64,000 nucleotides of DNA from Vicinamibacterales bacterium (GCA_035495795.1 DATJFF010000080.1:875-64874); one strand, 5' to 3'. Counted from the stretch's first letter, positions 1 to 10,426 are shown. A program made the numbers and translations. Notes: a model not told the origin generated them from the sequence alone.

Positions 1-137
1 CTCCAGTAAGGACTCTTTCGAAGCGTGCTGGTGCCCGACCGACGCGCGATGCGGGCTGAACCGTTAGTGGCAATTCGCGACTCTATATAGTGGACACGTG
101 AGCGCGAACGGATGGGCTGCTCACGGCGGAGGCATGC

Positions 138-1658
138 ATGAGCGAGACGAAAGAGCGCGCGAAAGTGGACCTCTCACAGGGAATCGCTGCTTCGGCACTC
201 AGCGACGGCGGCATGATCCTCGGCCAGGTCGGCAAAGACGACGTGGTGCTCGCGCGATCGGGCAACGAGTTCTTCGCGGTCAGGGCGCAGTGTTCGCACT
301 ACCGCGGACCGCTGGTGGAAGGCATCGTCGTGGGAGACACGGTGCGCTGCCCCTGGCACCATGCCTGCTTCAGCCTGCGCACCGGCGAGGCGCTCCGGGC
401 GCCGGCTCTTGATCCAATCCCGTGCTGGAAGGTGGAGCGGCAGGGCGACCAGATTTTCGTCAGGGAGAAGCTTCCGCCGGCGCAACCTGCCTCGGCTCCG
501 ATCTCCGCGAGCGAGCCGCCAGCTTCGATCGTCATCGTCGGGGGCGGAGCCGCGGGAGTAGCGGCGGCCGAGATGCTGAGGCGCAAGGGGTACAGCGGGC
601 CGGTCACGATGATCAGTGCCGACGCCGACCTCCCCGTCGATCGTCCCAACCTGTCGAAGGACTACCTCGCCGGCAGCGCCCAGGAGGACTGGATTCCGCT
701 CTGGGGCAGCGACTTCTACGCCGAGAATCGCATCGACGTGATCCTGGGGCGACGCGTCTCGTCCATCGATCCGGCGAAGCACACCGTGCACCTCGACGAC
801 GGTTCGGTTCGGGAATTCGGAGCGCTGCTGATCGCGACTGGCGCGGATCCGGTGCGACTGCCCATCCCCGGCGCCCAGAACACGCAGATTTGCTATCTCC
901 GCAGCTTCGCCGACAGCCGGGCGATCGTCGAACGCGCCGTGCACTCCAAACACGTGGTCGTGGTTGGTGCCAGCTTCATCGGGCTGGAGGTTGCGGCGTC
1001 ACTGCGCGCCCGCGAGATTGCCGTCGACGTCGTCGGACCGGAGAGCACTCCGCTCGAGAAAGTGATGGGGCCGGAGATCGGCCGATTCATCCGGTCGCTG
1101 CACGAGGCGCACGGCGTCACGTTCCATCTCGGTCAGACCGTGGCGCGGGTCGACGGGCGGACCGTCACGCTCAGCGGCGGCGGCACCATCGACAGCGACT
1201 TCATCGTGCTCGGCGTCGGCGTCAAGCCGGCGGTGACCCTGGCCGAACAGGCGGGACTGGCCATGGATCGCGGTATTGCGGTGAACGAGTTCCTGGAAAC
1301 CAGCGTGCCCGGCATCTTCGCCGCGGGCGATGCCGCGCGATGGCCCGACCCTCATACCGGCGAGCGCATTCGCGTCGAGCACTGGGTGGTCGCCGAGCGG
1401 CAGGGGCAGGCCGCGGCGTGCAACATGCTGGGCGCACGCGAGCCGTTCGACGCGGTGCCGTTCTTCTGGAGCCAGCATTACGACATCGCGATCAACTACG
1501 TCGGCCACGCCGAACGCTGGGACGAGGTTCGCATCGACGGCTCGCTCGAGAAACAGGACTGCTCGGTCGAGTACCGCAGGGGCGGCCGGACCCTGGCGGT
1601 CGCGACCATCGGCCGCGATCGCACGAGCCTCGAGGCCGAAGCGCGCATGGAGCGCTGA
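138..1658 (+). CDS. Rieske [2Fe-2S] domain fused to FAD-dependent pyridine nucleotide-disulfide oxidoreductase (ferredoxin-reductase/AIF-like)
   Basis: 506-aa ORF; Rieske ligands CSHYRGPL...CPWHHACF at the N-terminus; two Rossmann motifs IVIVGGGAAGVAAAE and VVVVGASFIGLEVA; GGAGG shortly before ATG 138. Confidence 0.85.
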   Translation: MSETKERAKVDLSQGIAASALSDGGMILGQVGKDDVVLARSGNEFFAVRAQCSHYRGPLVEGIVVGDTVRCPWHHACFSLRTGEALRAPALDPIPCWKVERQGDQIFVREKLPPAQPASAPISASEPPASIVIVGGGAAGVAAAEMLRRKGYSGPVTMISADADLPVDRPNLSKDYLAGSAQEDWIPLWGSDFYAENRIDVILGRRVSSIDPAKHTVHLDDGSVREFGALLIATGADPVRLPIPGAQNTQICYLRSFADSRAIVERAVHSKHVVVVGASFIGLEVAASLRAREIAVDVVGPESTPLEKVMGPEIGRFIRSLHEAHGVTFHLGQTVARVDGRTVTLSGGGTIDSDFIVLGVGVKPAVTLAEQAGLAMDRGIAVNEFLETSVPGIFAAGDAARWPDPHTGERIRVEHWVVAERQGQAAACNMLGAREPFDAVPFFWSQHYDIAINYVGHAERWDEVRIDGSLEKQDCSVEYRRGGRTLAVATIGRDRTSLEAEARMER

Positions 1659-1686
1659 CCTCCGGAACCGGTGCCGCCCCAGCGCC

Positions 1687-2169
1687 TCAGCTCGGCAACG
1701 CTCCGGTGAGTCTCAGGAACCACCGCATACACAGGTGTCCGAAGTCGGCGCCGTCGCCGTACATCATCGGACACGCACCCGCAATGACGGTGATGTCGTG
1801 TTGCCGGCAGTACTCGACGGCCGCCGGTGAAACGCTCGACCCCTTCTGTATCGACTGGTGCATCCAGACGCGGTGGACACCGGTGTCGTGACAGTCTCGA
1901 ACGATCTGCTCCGTGTCTTCAGGGCGCGTGACGATCACCACGCCGTCGACACCGCCCATGATCGACTGCAGATTCGGGTAGCAGCGATCGCCCTCGAACG
2001 TTTGCGTGCCCGGGTTCACTGCGAACACCTCGTGGCCGGTGCGCTTCAGACGCCGATAGATCAGGTTGGCAGCCGGATGCTGGCCGTCGTGGCGCGAGAC
2101 GCCCGCTACGGCAATGCGCTTCTGCGCGAGGAAGTCCAGCACCTTGGCATTCAGGGTTGCAGGAGTCAT
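1687..2169 (-). CDS. CoA-binding domain protein (YccU-like)
   Basis: 160-aa ORF; KRIAVAGVSRHDGQHPA...GHEVFAVNPG pattern typical of the CoA-binding fold; ATGA start/stop overlap with the upstream gene at 2166-2169. Confidence 0.75.
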   Translation of the reverse strand: MTPATLNAKVLDFLAQKRIAVAGVSRHDGQHPAANLIYRRLKRTGHEVFAVNPGTQTFEGDRCYPNLQSIMGGVDGVVIVTRPEDTEQIVRDCHDTGVHRVWMHQSIQKGSSVSPAAVEYCRQHDITVIAGACPMMYGDGADFGHLCMRWFLRLTGALPS

Positions 2170-2564
2170 ACACGCTCACGCATCGACGCCACCGGCAGCG
2201 GCGATTCCTCCAGGCCTTGAACGAACACGAACCACTTGAACCCGACCTGGTGGGCTTTCAGCAGGTCGAACAGTGCCCGGGATGGTTCTCCGTAGAAGGT
2301 CATGAAGTGATTGTCGGCGTAGTCCTCGAACAGCCTGGTCCGAGCCTCGAGGATGTGGCGATTGTGCTCGATCAAGCCTTCGGCGCCGGCGTATGCCTCG
2401 CGGACCTCGCATTCGGTCCCGTCGTTGCTCAGGAACCAGTCGTAGCGGAGCGTCTGCGTGTCCTTCTCCTTCGTAATCCGGATACACTCCGCCGCTTGTC
2501 GCTTGAAGCCGTCCAGACAACCGGGACGCACGGTCATATGCGCGCTCACCTCCAAGTAGCCCAT
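2166..2564 (-). CDS. ABM-like (antibiotic biosynthesis monooxygenase / quinol monooxygenase-type) small protein
   Basis: Track ORF 2166..2666 trimmed to Met35 (MGYLEV...), which is preceded by GGAGGGAG; size and sequence pattern look like a dimeric alpha+beta barrel (ABM) protein. Confidence 0.55.
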   Translation of the reverse strand: MGYLEVSAHMTVRPGCLDGFKRQAAECIRITKEKDTQTLRYDWFLSNDGTECEVREAYAGAEGLIEHNRHILEARTRLFEDYADNHFMTFYGEPSRALFDLLKAHQVGFKWFVFVQGLEESPLPVASMRERV

Positions 2565-2817
2565 GGCTCCCTCCTCGATCTCGGGTCGGATGACTCGCGT
2601 CGCCGGGCATCCGGCGCCCAATGCCGAATCGTCGGCACGTCTGGACATCTTGCACGGCCCGGTCAATGGCCGGACGTTGCGTTTGCCACGTGCCGCCCCC
2701 GCGCTTCACCGACGCGTGCATATTTCGCGCCGTAGACTAACCCCGACAGGGGCGTCTGGCAGCCCGCCTTCTTTCGCCACGGGCTGCCAGTAAAATGGTT
2801 TGAGCCGCTCGACCGCC

Positions 2818-3747
2818 ATGCCCAAGTTCCTCGAATCGCACCATCTCCGGCTGATCGCGCAGGTGGCGCGCACCGAAAGCGTGACCCGCGCCGCCGATCT
2901 CCTGAACGTCACGCAATCGGCGGTCAGCCACCAGCTGCGCGAGATCGAGGACAAGCTGGGGACGCCGATCTTCGTGCGGTCGGGCCGCCGGATGCTGTTG
3001 ACGCCGGCCGGGCGGCTCCTCGTCGAGGCGGCTGACGAGGTGCTCGGCGCAATAGCGCGGGTCGAATCGCAGGTCGGGCAGATCGCGCGTCATGCCGCCG
3101 GCGAACTGCGCGTCTGCACCCACTGCTACACCGGCTACTCATGGCTGCCAGCCATCGTCGCGGGGCTCCGTCACCGCTACCCCTCGTTCGGCTTGCAGAT
3201 CGTCCCCGAATACACCGTGGACCCGATCACCGCGCTGCTCGACGCGAAGCTCGATCTCGCGCTGATGAACGAGGAGATCGACGACCGGCGCCTCCGCTCC
3301 CGTGAGTTGTTCGACGACGAGCACGTCGCTGTCGTGCACGCGTCGCATCGCTGGGCGGCGCGGCCGTTCGTCACGCCGGAAGAGATCGCCGCCGAACCGC
3401 TTTACCTTTTCTCACGGTCGATCGAGAACAGCTTCTTCGTGCGCCAGGTGTTGCGCCCGGCCGGACTTCAGCCGGCCCACGTCACCTACCTCCAGCTGTC
3501 CGAGGGAATCATCGAGATGGTGAAGGCTGGCATGGGCGCCACGGTGCTGCCGAAATGGTCGCTCACCCACAGCCTGGCCTCGGGCGGCATCAGGGCCGTT
3601 CGCATCACGAAAGGCGGCCTCTTTCGCAAGTGGTATGCGGTGACCCTTCGGGATGCCGCGACCACGCCTTTCATCGAGGAGTTCCTCCGCCTGCTGATTG
3701 CCCAGGCACCGGACTCGCGCCGATCCGTTCGCCGCCGCCCGGCCTAG
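2818..3747 (+). CDS. LysR family transcriptional regulator
   Basis: N-terminal HTH LRLIAQVARTESVTRAADLLNVTQSAVSHQLREIE followed by a LysR-type substrate-binding region; divergent from the ABM/CoA-binding pair; start taken at MPKFLESHH. Confidence 0.85.
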   Translation: MPKFLESHHLRLIAQVARTESVTRAADLLNVTQSAVSHQLREIEDKLGTPIFVRSGRRMLLTPAGRLLVEAADEVLGAIARVESQVGQIARHAAGELRVCTHCYTGYSWLPAIVAGLRHRYPSFGLQIVPEYTVDPITALLDAKLDLALMNEEIDDRRLRSRELFDDEHVAVVHASHRWAARPFVTPEEIAAEPLYLFSRSIENSFFVRQVLRPAGLQPAHVTYLQLSEGIIEMVKAGMGATVLPKWSLTHSLASGGIRAVRITKGGLFRKWYAVTLRDAATTPFIEEFLRLLIAQAPDSRRSVRRRPA

Positions 3748-6143
3748 CCGCGGAGCACCTGCGCCGGCTCGACGCGCTTGACGCGCAGGGCAGGCACGAA
3801 CGCGGCGGCAAGACCCGTTGTCGCCATGACCGCCATCGCGATCGCCGTTGTCGTCATTTCCACGGGCGCGATGTTCTGAAGCCAGCGCGCCAGCAGGATG
3901 GCGAGCGCCACTCCACCAGCCAGTCCCGCAGCGGCGCCGATCGCCACGTCGCGGAGCGCTTCGACCAGTACCAGGCGAATCACCCTGCCCGGCTCGGAAC
4001 CGAGCGCCAGCCGCACGGCGAAATCCCTGGTACGATCCACCACGCTCCGATACGTCACTCCGGAAATGCCAACCGCGGCCAGCAGCACGCCCAGCATTGT
4101 GAGGATGCTCAGCACGAAGGCGCGAAACCGTTCCGGCGCAGTGGATTCGCTGACGAACACTGGCAGCGGTTGCGCCTTGCGCAGCGGCAGCGACGCGTCC
4201 ACCCGTTTCACGGTTTCACGCACCGCCGGCAGCAGCGACGAGGGCTCGACCGCAGTCCGGATGACGAAGGCGACCGGCACCGCCGGGGCGTTGTTCTGCG
4301 CCCACGCCACGTAGAAGGTGGGCTCGGCCGGCTCTGCGACCGTCACGTCGGACGCATCGTCGACGACGCCGACGATCGTGACCTCTGGAGGGTTGTTGCG
4401 GATCAAGGTGCGGCCGACCGGCTCGAGGCCGGGCATCAGCATCTCGGTGAAACGCCGGCTGACGATCGCAACCGGCGGGCGATCCGCGGTGTCGTCATCG
4501 CTGAAGACGCGTCCCGCGATTGTCCTGATCCGCATCGCCCGGAAGTAGTCGGGGCTGACGCGGCGGTACTGCACGGTGTGCGGCTGATCGTCCGGCGTCG
4601 GGCGGTCTTTGACCTTGATCAGCGTCTGATAGGAGAACTTCGGAAGAAAGGCATTCTGGGTGATGCCGACCGACGTCACGCCGGGAAGGACGCGAATCTC
4701 GTCGAGCAGGCGCCTGACCACGGTCGCGCGGAGTTCCGGTGACGGATAGGCGGCCTCCGGCAGGCGAATCTGCGCTGTCAACACGCCGCTCGCCTCGAAG
4801 CCCGGGCTTCGGCGCGACAGGTCGCGCAGCCCCTGGACGACGACGGTTCCGGCAATCAGCAGCGCGACGCACAGCGCCACTTCGATCGAGACGAGCGCAC
4901 GCTGCAGGCGTGTTGCGTCGGCGGAACCGGTGGACCGGGTGGTCGCCGTCGCCAGCGCCGCCGACGCTTCACCTCGCATCGCGCGGACGGCCGGCAATGC
5001 GGCAGCCACGATCGCCGTGAGCAGGGCGAGCAGCCCGCTGAACAGCTGGACGCGCCAGTCGAGCGTAATCGTACCCAGGGACTGCGCGACTGTTGGATTG
5101 ATCGCCAGCAGCGCCGGCACCGCGGCGCGAGCGAGCAGCAGGCCGGGGACCAGCCCGGCGCCGCAGACGATCAGCAGCTCAGCGAAGTGGAGCCGCAGCA
5201 GGTCGCCCTTGGAGGCACCGAGCGCAAGCCGGAGCGACAGCTCGCCGGCACGCGCGACCGCGTGTGCCGACGTGAGATTGCCGATGTTCACGCAGGCAAT
5301 CATCAGAACCACCGCCGTCGCCGCCAGCAGCATCAGCAGCGGCGCGCGGAGCGGCCCGTACTGCCATTCGCGCGCATCCTGGGCGCCAATGGTCCAATGC
5401 GTATGGGTGCGCGGGAACTCCTGCGCGAACTGGCCGTAGATGGTCGTCAGCTCGTCGCGGGCCTGCTCGAGCGAGATCCCGGGCGCGAGCTCGGCCAGCG
5501 CGACCACGGAGAGAGTCGGCGTGCGCGGCTTCGGCTCGGCGTTCAGGAACAGCGGTGTGAAGACCTGCGCGTCGAGAAACGGGACGGTGAAGCCTGGCGA
5601 CAGCACTCCCACAATAGTGTGCGGCTGGTCGTCGAGAATCAGGGTGGTGCCCAGCACCGGCTGCCCGCCGAGCGTGTCGCGCCAGTAGCGATCGGTGATG
5701 ACCGCGACGAAGTGACCGGGCTCGCCCTCGCCAGGCATGAACGCCCGGCCGAGCGCGATCGGCGCGTCCAGCATCGCCAGCAGGCCGGGCGTGACCGCCG
5801 CGCCTCGCGCGACACCGGGCTCCCCGCCAATCGTGACCACGCGTTCCGACGGATAAAACCCCTCGAGCCGGGCGAGGGTTCGGGCCCGTTCGCGCAGCCG
5901 CGGCACCTCCATCTGCTGCAAGGGGTTGCGTTGCAATATCGAGGTGGTTCCGGGCGGCTGGGCGAACAGCTGCACCACGAGACCCCGAGCCGCGAACGGC
6001 ATGGGCCGGACCAGCGTGGCATTGACGACCGCGAAGATCGCGGCGTTGGCGCCGAGCACCAGCGCCAGCGTGATCGCGCAGGTGAGAACGTAGGCCGGGC
6101 TCCGCTGCAGCGATCGCCACGCGTGCTTGAGCTCGGATCTCAT
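3744..6143 (-). CDS. ADOP-family duplicated FtsX/MacB-like permease
   Basis: 799 aa; N-terminus MRSELKHAWRSLQRSPAYVLTCAITLALVLGANAAIFAVV typical of MacB/FtsX permeases; two FtsX-type membrane modules separated by large periplasmic domains; no adjacent ATPase. Confidence 0.85.
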   Translation of the reverse strand: MRSELKHAWRSLQRSPAYVLTCAITLALVLGANAAIFAVVNATLVRPMPFAARGLVVQLFAQPPGTTSILQRNPLQQMEVPRLRERARTLARLEGFYPSERVVTIGGEPGVARGAAVTPGLLAMLDAPIALGRAFMPGEGEPGHFVAVITDRYWRDTLGGQPVLGTTLILDDQPHTIVGVLSPGFTVPFLDAQVFTPLFLNAEPKPRTPTLSVVALAELAPGISLEQARDELTTIYGQFAQEFPRTHTHWTIGAQDAREWQYGPLRAPLLMLLAATAVVLMIACVNIGNLTSAHAVARAGELSLRLALGASKGDLLRLHFAELLIVCGAGLVPGLLLARAAVPALLAINPTVAQSLGTITLDWRVQLFSGLLALLTAIVAAALPAVRAMRGEASAALATATTRSTGSADATRLQRALVSIEVALCVALLIAGTVVVQGLRDLSRRSPGFEASGVLTAQIRLPEAAYPSPELRATVVRRLLDEIRVLPGVTSVGITQNAFLPKFSYQTLIKVKDRPTPDDQPHTVQYRRVSPDYFRAMRIRTIAGRVFSDDDTADRPPVAIVSRRFTEMLMPGLEPVGRTLIRNNPPEVTIVGVVDDASDVTVAEPAEPTFYVAWAQNNAPAVPVAFVIRTAVEPSSLLPAVRETVKRVDASLPLRKAQPLPVFVSESTAPERFRAFVLSILTMLGVLLAAVGISGVTYRSVVDRTRDFAVRLALGSEPGRVIRLVLVEALRDVAIGAAAGLAGGVALAILLARWLQNIAPVEMTTTAIAMAVMATTGLAAAFVPALRVKRVEPAQVLRG

Positions 6144-6151
6144 GCAGTGCC

Positions 6152-6949
6152 TCAGACGATTGCGGGCGCGTCGGCGGTCGTGCCTGCGGCCCGGAGGATG
6201 GCGTCGATATGGATGCGCGCGCAGTCGAGATGCGGGAAGGGCGTGTTCGACGCGTCGAACATCAGCGCGAAGTCGGTTCCGGCCAGGAGTATCGCATCGA
6301 CGCCCTCGCGCTTCTCCAGCGTCCCGGCCAGATCCGTCAACTGCCGGCGATCGTCGTCGGAGACCGATGCGCTATGCGCGAGGTGGGTATACGCGCGATG
6401 GACGAAGTCGACTTCGTCCGGGCGCGGCCGCACGACGTCCACACCGGCGAGGCGGCCGTACAAGTCGGACTCGATCACGAAGCGGGTGCCGAACAACGCG
6501 ACCTTCGACAGCTTCCGCTCGCGCACCGCTGAGGCGACAGCCTCGGTGATGTCGATCACCGGGAGTGGTGTGATCCGTTTCAACTCGTCGATGCAGAGAT
6601 GGGGGGTGACCGCTGGAATCACGCCGAACGTCGCGCCCGCGGACTTGAGCCGCGACAGGAACCCGGCGAGGTAGACGGCGAGGCCGTGGCGATCGCCCTT
6701 CGACGCGTACTCGGTCGCTCGTGAAATGGACGCATGGTCCATCACGAGCCTCAGCGGCCGGAGCCCATCGTCGTGGGCCGCAGCCAGGGCGCGGTAGTAG
6801 TGAATGGCGGCGCCGACTCCCAAGCCGCCGACCAGGCCGATCAACGGATCAACAGGCTGTGTCTTGCTTGTCGTCACGCTCTCGACTGTAGCGTTCGTGC
6901 TTCGACGCGCCCAGTGCGGAGTTTTCATCGAATCGTGAGCCGAACTCAC
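6152..6949 (-). CDS. Asp/Glu/hydantoin racemase family protein
   Basis: LIGLVGGLGVGAAIHYYRAL N-terminal motif and ILLAGTDFAL C-terminal motif resemble aspartate racemase-type folds; canonical catalytic Cys positions not obvious; start uncertain. Confidence 0.55.
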   Translation of the reverse strand: MSSAHDSMKTPHWARRSTNATVESVTTSKTQPVDPLIGLVGGLGVGAAIHYYRALAAAHDDGLRPLRLVMDHASISRATEYASKGDRHGLAVYLAGFLSRLKSAGATFGVIPAVTPHLCIDELKRITPLPVIDITEAVASAVRERKLSKVALFGTRFVIESDLYGRLAGVDVVRPRPDEVDFVHRAYTHLAHSASVSDDDRRQLTDLAGTLEKREGVDAILLAGTDFALMFDASNTPFPHLDCARIHIDAILRAAGTTADAPAIV

Positions 6950-6979
6950 GATTGGGACGAGAGGACCCGGGGTTCGCGA

Positions 6980-8140
6980 TCAGGGCCTGACGATCTCGAG
7001 CCGGAGAATGGCGTTGTTCGTCGAGGATTGATCCGGATCCTCGCTCGACGCCACCACCAGTAGCTCGAGGCTGCTCCCTGCCGTGTCAATGGTCCGGGTC
7101 GGCAGCCACACTGTCACGCGCTGCTCGCTGTTCGGGGCGAGATCGACGACTGGCGGTTCGATATGCGTCAGGACCTGCCCGCCGACCGTCGCGGTCAACC
7201 TGTAACGTGCCGAGCCACCGTAGTTCCTGAGGATGAAGGCGAGAGGCCTGTCGGCGCCGGCCGAGACCTCGTTCACGGGGGGAGGCACGACCTCTACCGT
7301 CTCGCCGTGAAACATCCGTCCGCTCATGCGCTGGTACCGGTCGCCATCTGGATCCGCGCCGCGCACGCCGACCCGGAACGGCACTTTCGGAAGCTCGATC
7401 TCCCCGACGAACTCGTCATCTCCGACCTTGTCGAGCGCGACACGCGCAATCGACCTGCCCTGCGCCGAGAACAGCTCGAACACCGGCAATGGCTCTTCCG
7501 GCTCGGAGAGCGCGATCCGGAGGGTGGCGGGCCGCCCGGCGATGGGCGATCCGTTGATCCGGAAGAGCCCCTCGTGGCCCGGCCGGCCGCCGGCACGCAC
7601 GAACTCGGCGGTCAGTAGATCGCGATCGCTCCGCGCGTGCACCGCCATCCAGAAGCGTGACGAAGGAGCCAGCGTCACCCGCCAGGGTCCGGCTTCCGGC
7701 GCGTCGATGCTGAGGATTCGCCCGCAATTGAGGATCGTGTCGCCAGAGACCGCGCCGGCTCGTACTACAGCGCCGTTCGGCGTCACGATCTCGGCGCTGC
7801 CCCCCGTACCATCGAAGGTAATCGCGAACGTGAGCCGCTTCGCTGACTGATCGACCGGGACGACGAAGCCGGCCTGCGCGTCGGCGGCGGTGCCGCCCGC
7901 CCACAGGATCATCGCGGAATCGCTGCGCGACGACTCCGCCATGAACACGCCCATCTGCGCGATCTCCGACGGCGCCATCGGGAAGGGCTGGCCGCCGGTT
8001 GCAGTCGAGATGCGGACGTAAGCCGGGTCGATCGGCCCGCACCGGCCTGGCCCGAACGGTCGCGGCGTCTGGCGCGGTTGGATTGCGCCGACGACTGTCG
8101 CAATGAGGACTGCGGCGAGCGCGGCTGTTGACGGGGTCAC
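6980..8140 (-). CDS. hypothetical exported protein (predicted all-beta, Ig-like modules)
   Basis: 386-aa ORF with GTG start and hydrophobic N-terminus AALAAVLIATVVGAI; high-GC3 coding signal; no family recognised. Confidence 0.55.
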   Translation of the reverse strand: MTPSTAALAAVLIATVVGAIQPRQTPRPFGPGRCGPIDPAYVRISTATGGQPFPMAPSEIAQMGVFMAESSRSDSAMILWAGGTAADAQAGFVVPVDQSAKRLTFAITFDGTGGSAEIVTPNGAVVRAGAVSGDTILNCGRILSIDAPEAGPWRVTLAPSSRFWMAVHARSDRDLLTAEFVRAGGRPGHEGLFRINGSPIAGRPATLRIALSEPEEPLPVFELFSAQGRSIARVALDKVGDDEFVGEIELPKVPFRVGVRGADPDGDRYQRMSGRMFHGETVEVVPPPVNEVSAGADRPLAFILRNYGGSARYRLTATVGGQVLTHIEPPVVDLAPNSEQRVTVWLPTRTIDTAGSSLELLVVASSEDPDQSSTNNAILRLEIVRP

Positions 8141-8220
8141 GGCGTAGTTTCTGTGCCCGGCGCTTCACAGGCAGCGGCGCAACTGCCTGGGAAGCGCGCG
8201 AACCGGACGGTGGCGGCGAA

Positions 8221-8787
8221 TTACGGCGCCGGTGCCGTGCAGAACGCCGGCCGCGGGTTGATGGAGGGGATGGCGCTCAGGTACTCGTAGATCGCCTCGA
8301 TCTCACGATCCGACATCTCGCCGTAGACGGGCCACGGCATCACCTGGAGGATCGGGGTGCCGTCAGGGGGAGACCGGAAATCGGTGCCGTGGTGCAGGAT
8401 GTCCTTGAACTGCGCCAGCGTCCTGCCCGCCGGCATGCCGTTGGCCCGGGGCGTGATGTTGCGTGAGACGAACGGCCCGAACACCGCGCCGCCGGCGAGG
8501 TAGCAGGGCGCGTTGATCAGCTTCGGCTGACCGGCGAATGGGTCTCCGCCGGCTGCATACGACGGCACGGTATGACAGTCGTTGCAACCGCCCTGTGCGT
8601 TGACGATGTAACTGCCCTCACGGACCAGGGCCGGGTTGAGCCCGCTCATGTCGAGCGGCACCGGCGCGATGTCGGCGCCTCGCTGAATCTTGCTTCCCTG
8701 CGCCGTCAACGCCACCGCAGCCAACGTCACGCCGAAACCGACGACGACCGTTGTCACCAACAGGTGTCTCTTCATGCCTGTGCTCAT
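8221..8787 (-). CDS. exported mono-haem c-type cytochrome
   Basis: Signal peptide MKRHLLVTTVVVGFGVTLAAVALTAQG; single CNDCH haem-binding motif. Confidence 0.75.
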   Translation of the reverse strand: MSTGMKRHLLVTTVVVGFGVTLAAVALTAQGSKIQRGADIAPVPLDMSGLNPALVREGSYIVNAQGGCNDCHTVPSYAAGGDPFAGQPKLINAPCYLAGGAVFGPFVSRNITPRANGMPAGRTLAQFKDILHHGTDFRSPPDGTPILQVMPWPVYGEMSDREIEAIYEYLSAIPSINPRPAFCTAPAP

Positions 8788-8842
8788 GTCATCCTCGCTG
8801 GGGAAAGGCTTGCGTGAGACGGCCAGTCTAGCTCACCCCTCC

Positions 8843-8990
8843 TCATTTGAGGCCATTGAACAGGACGATGTCGTTGGTCTGGCTGGATCGGGTCAACGCC
8901 AGGCGCTTGCCATCGCACGACCAGGCTACCTCGCGCGCGGCGGGCGCGGCGTCGACGCCGTTCGCCTTGCGATGCGCCCGGCCTTCAGAC
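8843..8990 (-). pseudogene. possible 3-prime remnant of a PD40/TolB-like beta-propeller repeat gene
   Basis: Minus-strand translation ends ...REVAWSCDGKRLALTRSSQTNDIVLFNGLK*, resembling the last PD40 blade (WSPDGKRLAF-type) of acidobacterial propeller proteins; lies in the 314-nt gap between the cytochrome c and sulfatase starts, and upstream it continues only as antisense of the sulfatase. Confidence 0.3.
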
Positions 8991-9100
8991 GATAGTAACG
9001 GCTCCCAAAGGCACCGCTGGGAGGTGAGGTCATGGTCAAGGCAGCCAGTTGTCGAGGGAACGTGTCGCTGAGCGAGCTGCGTGGACGCGAACGTGACCCG

Positions 9101-10426
9101 ATGAAGAGTGTCATGGCCGGTTTGGTGCTGGGCGCCGTACTCCTTGGCGCTCATGGAGTGTCGGCACAAGCGACACAGCGGCCGACACGGCCCAACTTCG
9201 TGATCATTGTCGTCGACAGCATGGGCTATGGCGACAGCGAACCGTTTGGCGTGCAGGACATTCGCACGCCTGCGCTGAATCGCCTCGCTCGAGAGGGCGT
9301 GCGGCTCACCGACGGTTACTCGAACGGACCCGTTTGCACGCCGACGCGGGCGGCATTCATGACCGGACGTTATCAACAGCGGATCGGGCTCGAGTGGGCC
9401 CTCTTGAAGGACCGCAAGGACGCAGGATTGTCCGCATCCGAGATCTCCATCGCGACCGTCCTGAAGGACGCGGGCTATGCCACCGGCATCTTTGGCAAGT
9501 GGCATCTCGGCTACACGCCCTCGTTCAGCCCCAACGCGAATGGGTTCGCCGAGTTCTTCGGCATTCTCGACTTCAGCGTCGACTATTACTCGCACAAGAA
9601 CATCGACGGCGAACCCGATCTGCACGAGAACGGCCGGCTGATCGATCAGCCTGGCTACATGACCGATCTGATCACCGAACGCGCCATCCGATTCATCCAG
9701 GCGCACGCGGCGGAGCCCTTTTTCGCCTACGTGCCGTACAACGCGATGGTCTTGCCCATTCAACCGCCCGATCGGCCCGACGATATCCGGACGCGTGAAA
9801 CCTGGGATCGCGCGACGCGGAAGGACTATACCGCCATGGTCGAGCGCGTGGACCAGGGTGTCGGACGCATCCTGGAGACGCTCGACACAGCGGGCGTGTC
9901 GCAGAACACGCTCGTCGTCTTCACGAACGATCACGGCGGGCAGTGGTATTCGCGGCGCGAACCGATGTTCCACGAATTCGGTACGGTCTGGGAGGGCGGC
10001 ATCCGCGTCCCGTACCTGCTTCGTTGGCCGGGACGCCTCCCTGCAGGTCAGGTCTCGAGTCAGGTGGTCCTGACCATGGACTTGACCGCGTCGATTCTGG
10101 CCGCCTCAGGGGCAAGAATGCCGGATGGCCGCACGCTGGACGGGGTCGACGTCCTGCCGGTGCTGCGCGGTGAGCGGCCACAGATCGAACGAGCGGTCTT
10201 CTGGCGCGTGGATCATCAGGGCCGCCGCCAGAAAGCGGCCCGCAAGGGCAACTGGAAGTACATCACGGACAACGGTCCTGAACTGCTGTTCGACATGGCC
10301 ACCGACCCGTCCGAGCGTCGCGACCTCGCCTACGAGCGGCGCGACCTGTTGCTGGAGATGAGGGCGCTCGTCGCTGAATGGGAAGCGGAGATCGATCGCG
10401 TGACGCCGCCGTTCGTGGTCAAGTAA
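9101..10426 (+). CDS. arylsulfatase A-family sulfatase
   Basis: Signal peptide MKSVMAGLVLGAVLLGAHGVSAQ; NFVIIVVDSMGYGD and the formylglycine motif CTPTRAAFMTGRY; start trimmed from 9032. Confidence 0.85.
   Translation: MKSVMAGLVLGAVLLGAHGVSAQATQRPTRPNFVIIVVDSMGYGDSEPFGVQDIRTPALNRLAREGVRLTDGYSNGPVCTPTRAAFMTGRYQQRIGLEWALLKDRKDAGLSASEISIATVLKDAGYATGIFGKWHLGYTPSFSPNANGFAEFFGILDFSVDYYSHKNIDGEPDLHENGRLIDQPGYMTDLITERAIRFIQAHAAEPFFAYVPYNAMVLPIQPPDRPDDIRTRETWDRATRKDYTAMVERVDQGVGRILETLDTAGVSQNTLVVFTNDHGGQWYSRREPMFHEFGTVWEGGIRVPYLLRWPGRLPAGQVSSQVVLTMDLTASILAASGARMPDGRTLDGVDVLPVLRGERPQIERAVFWRVDHQGRRQKAARKGNWKYITDNGPELLFDMATDPSERRDLAYERRDLLLEMRALVAEWEAEIDRVTPPFVVK

Noticed and set aside
8991-9973. Upstream part of the 376-aa minus-strand ORF 8843..9973
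   Set aside because: It is antisense to the well-supported sulfatase gene, with an Arg/Gly/Val/His-rich composition typical of high-GC antisense frames. Only the last ~50 codons look protein-like and are reported as a possible remnant.
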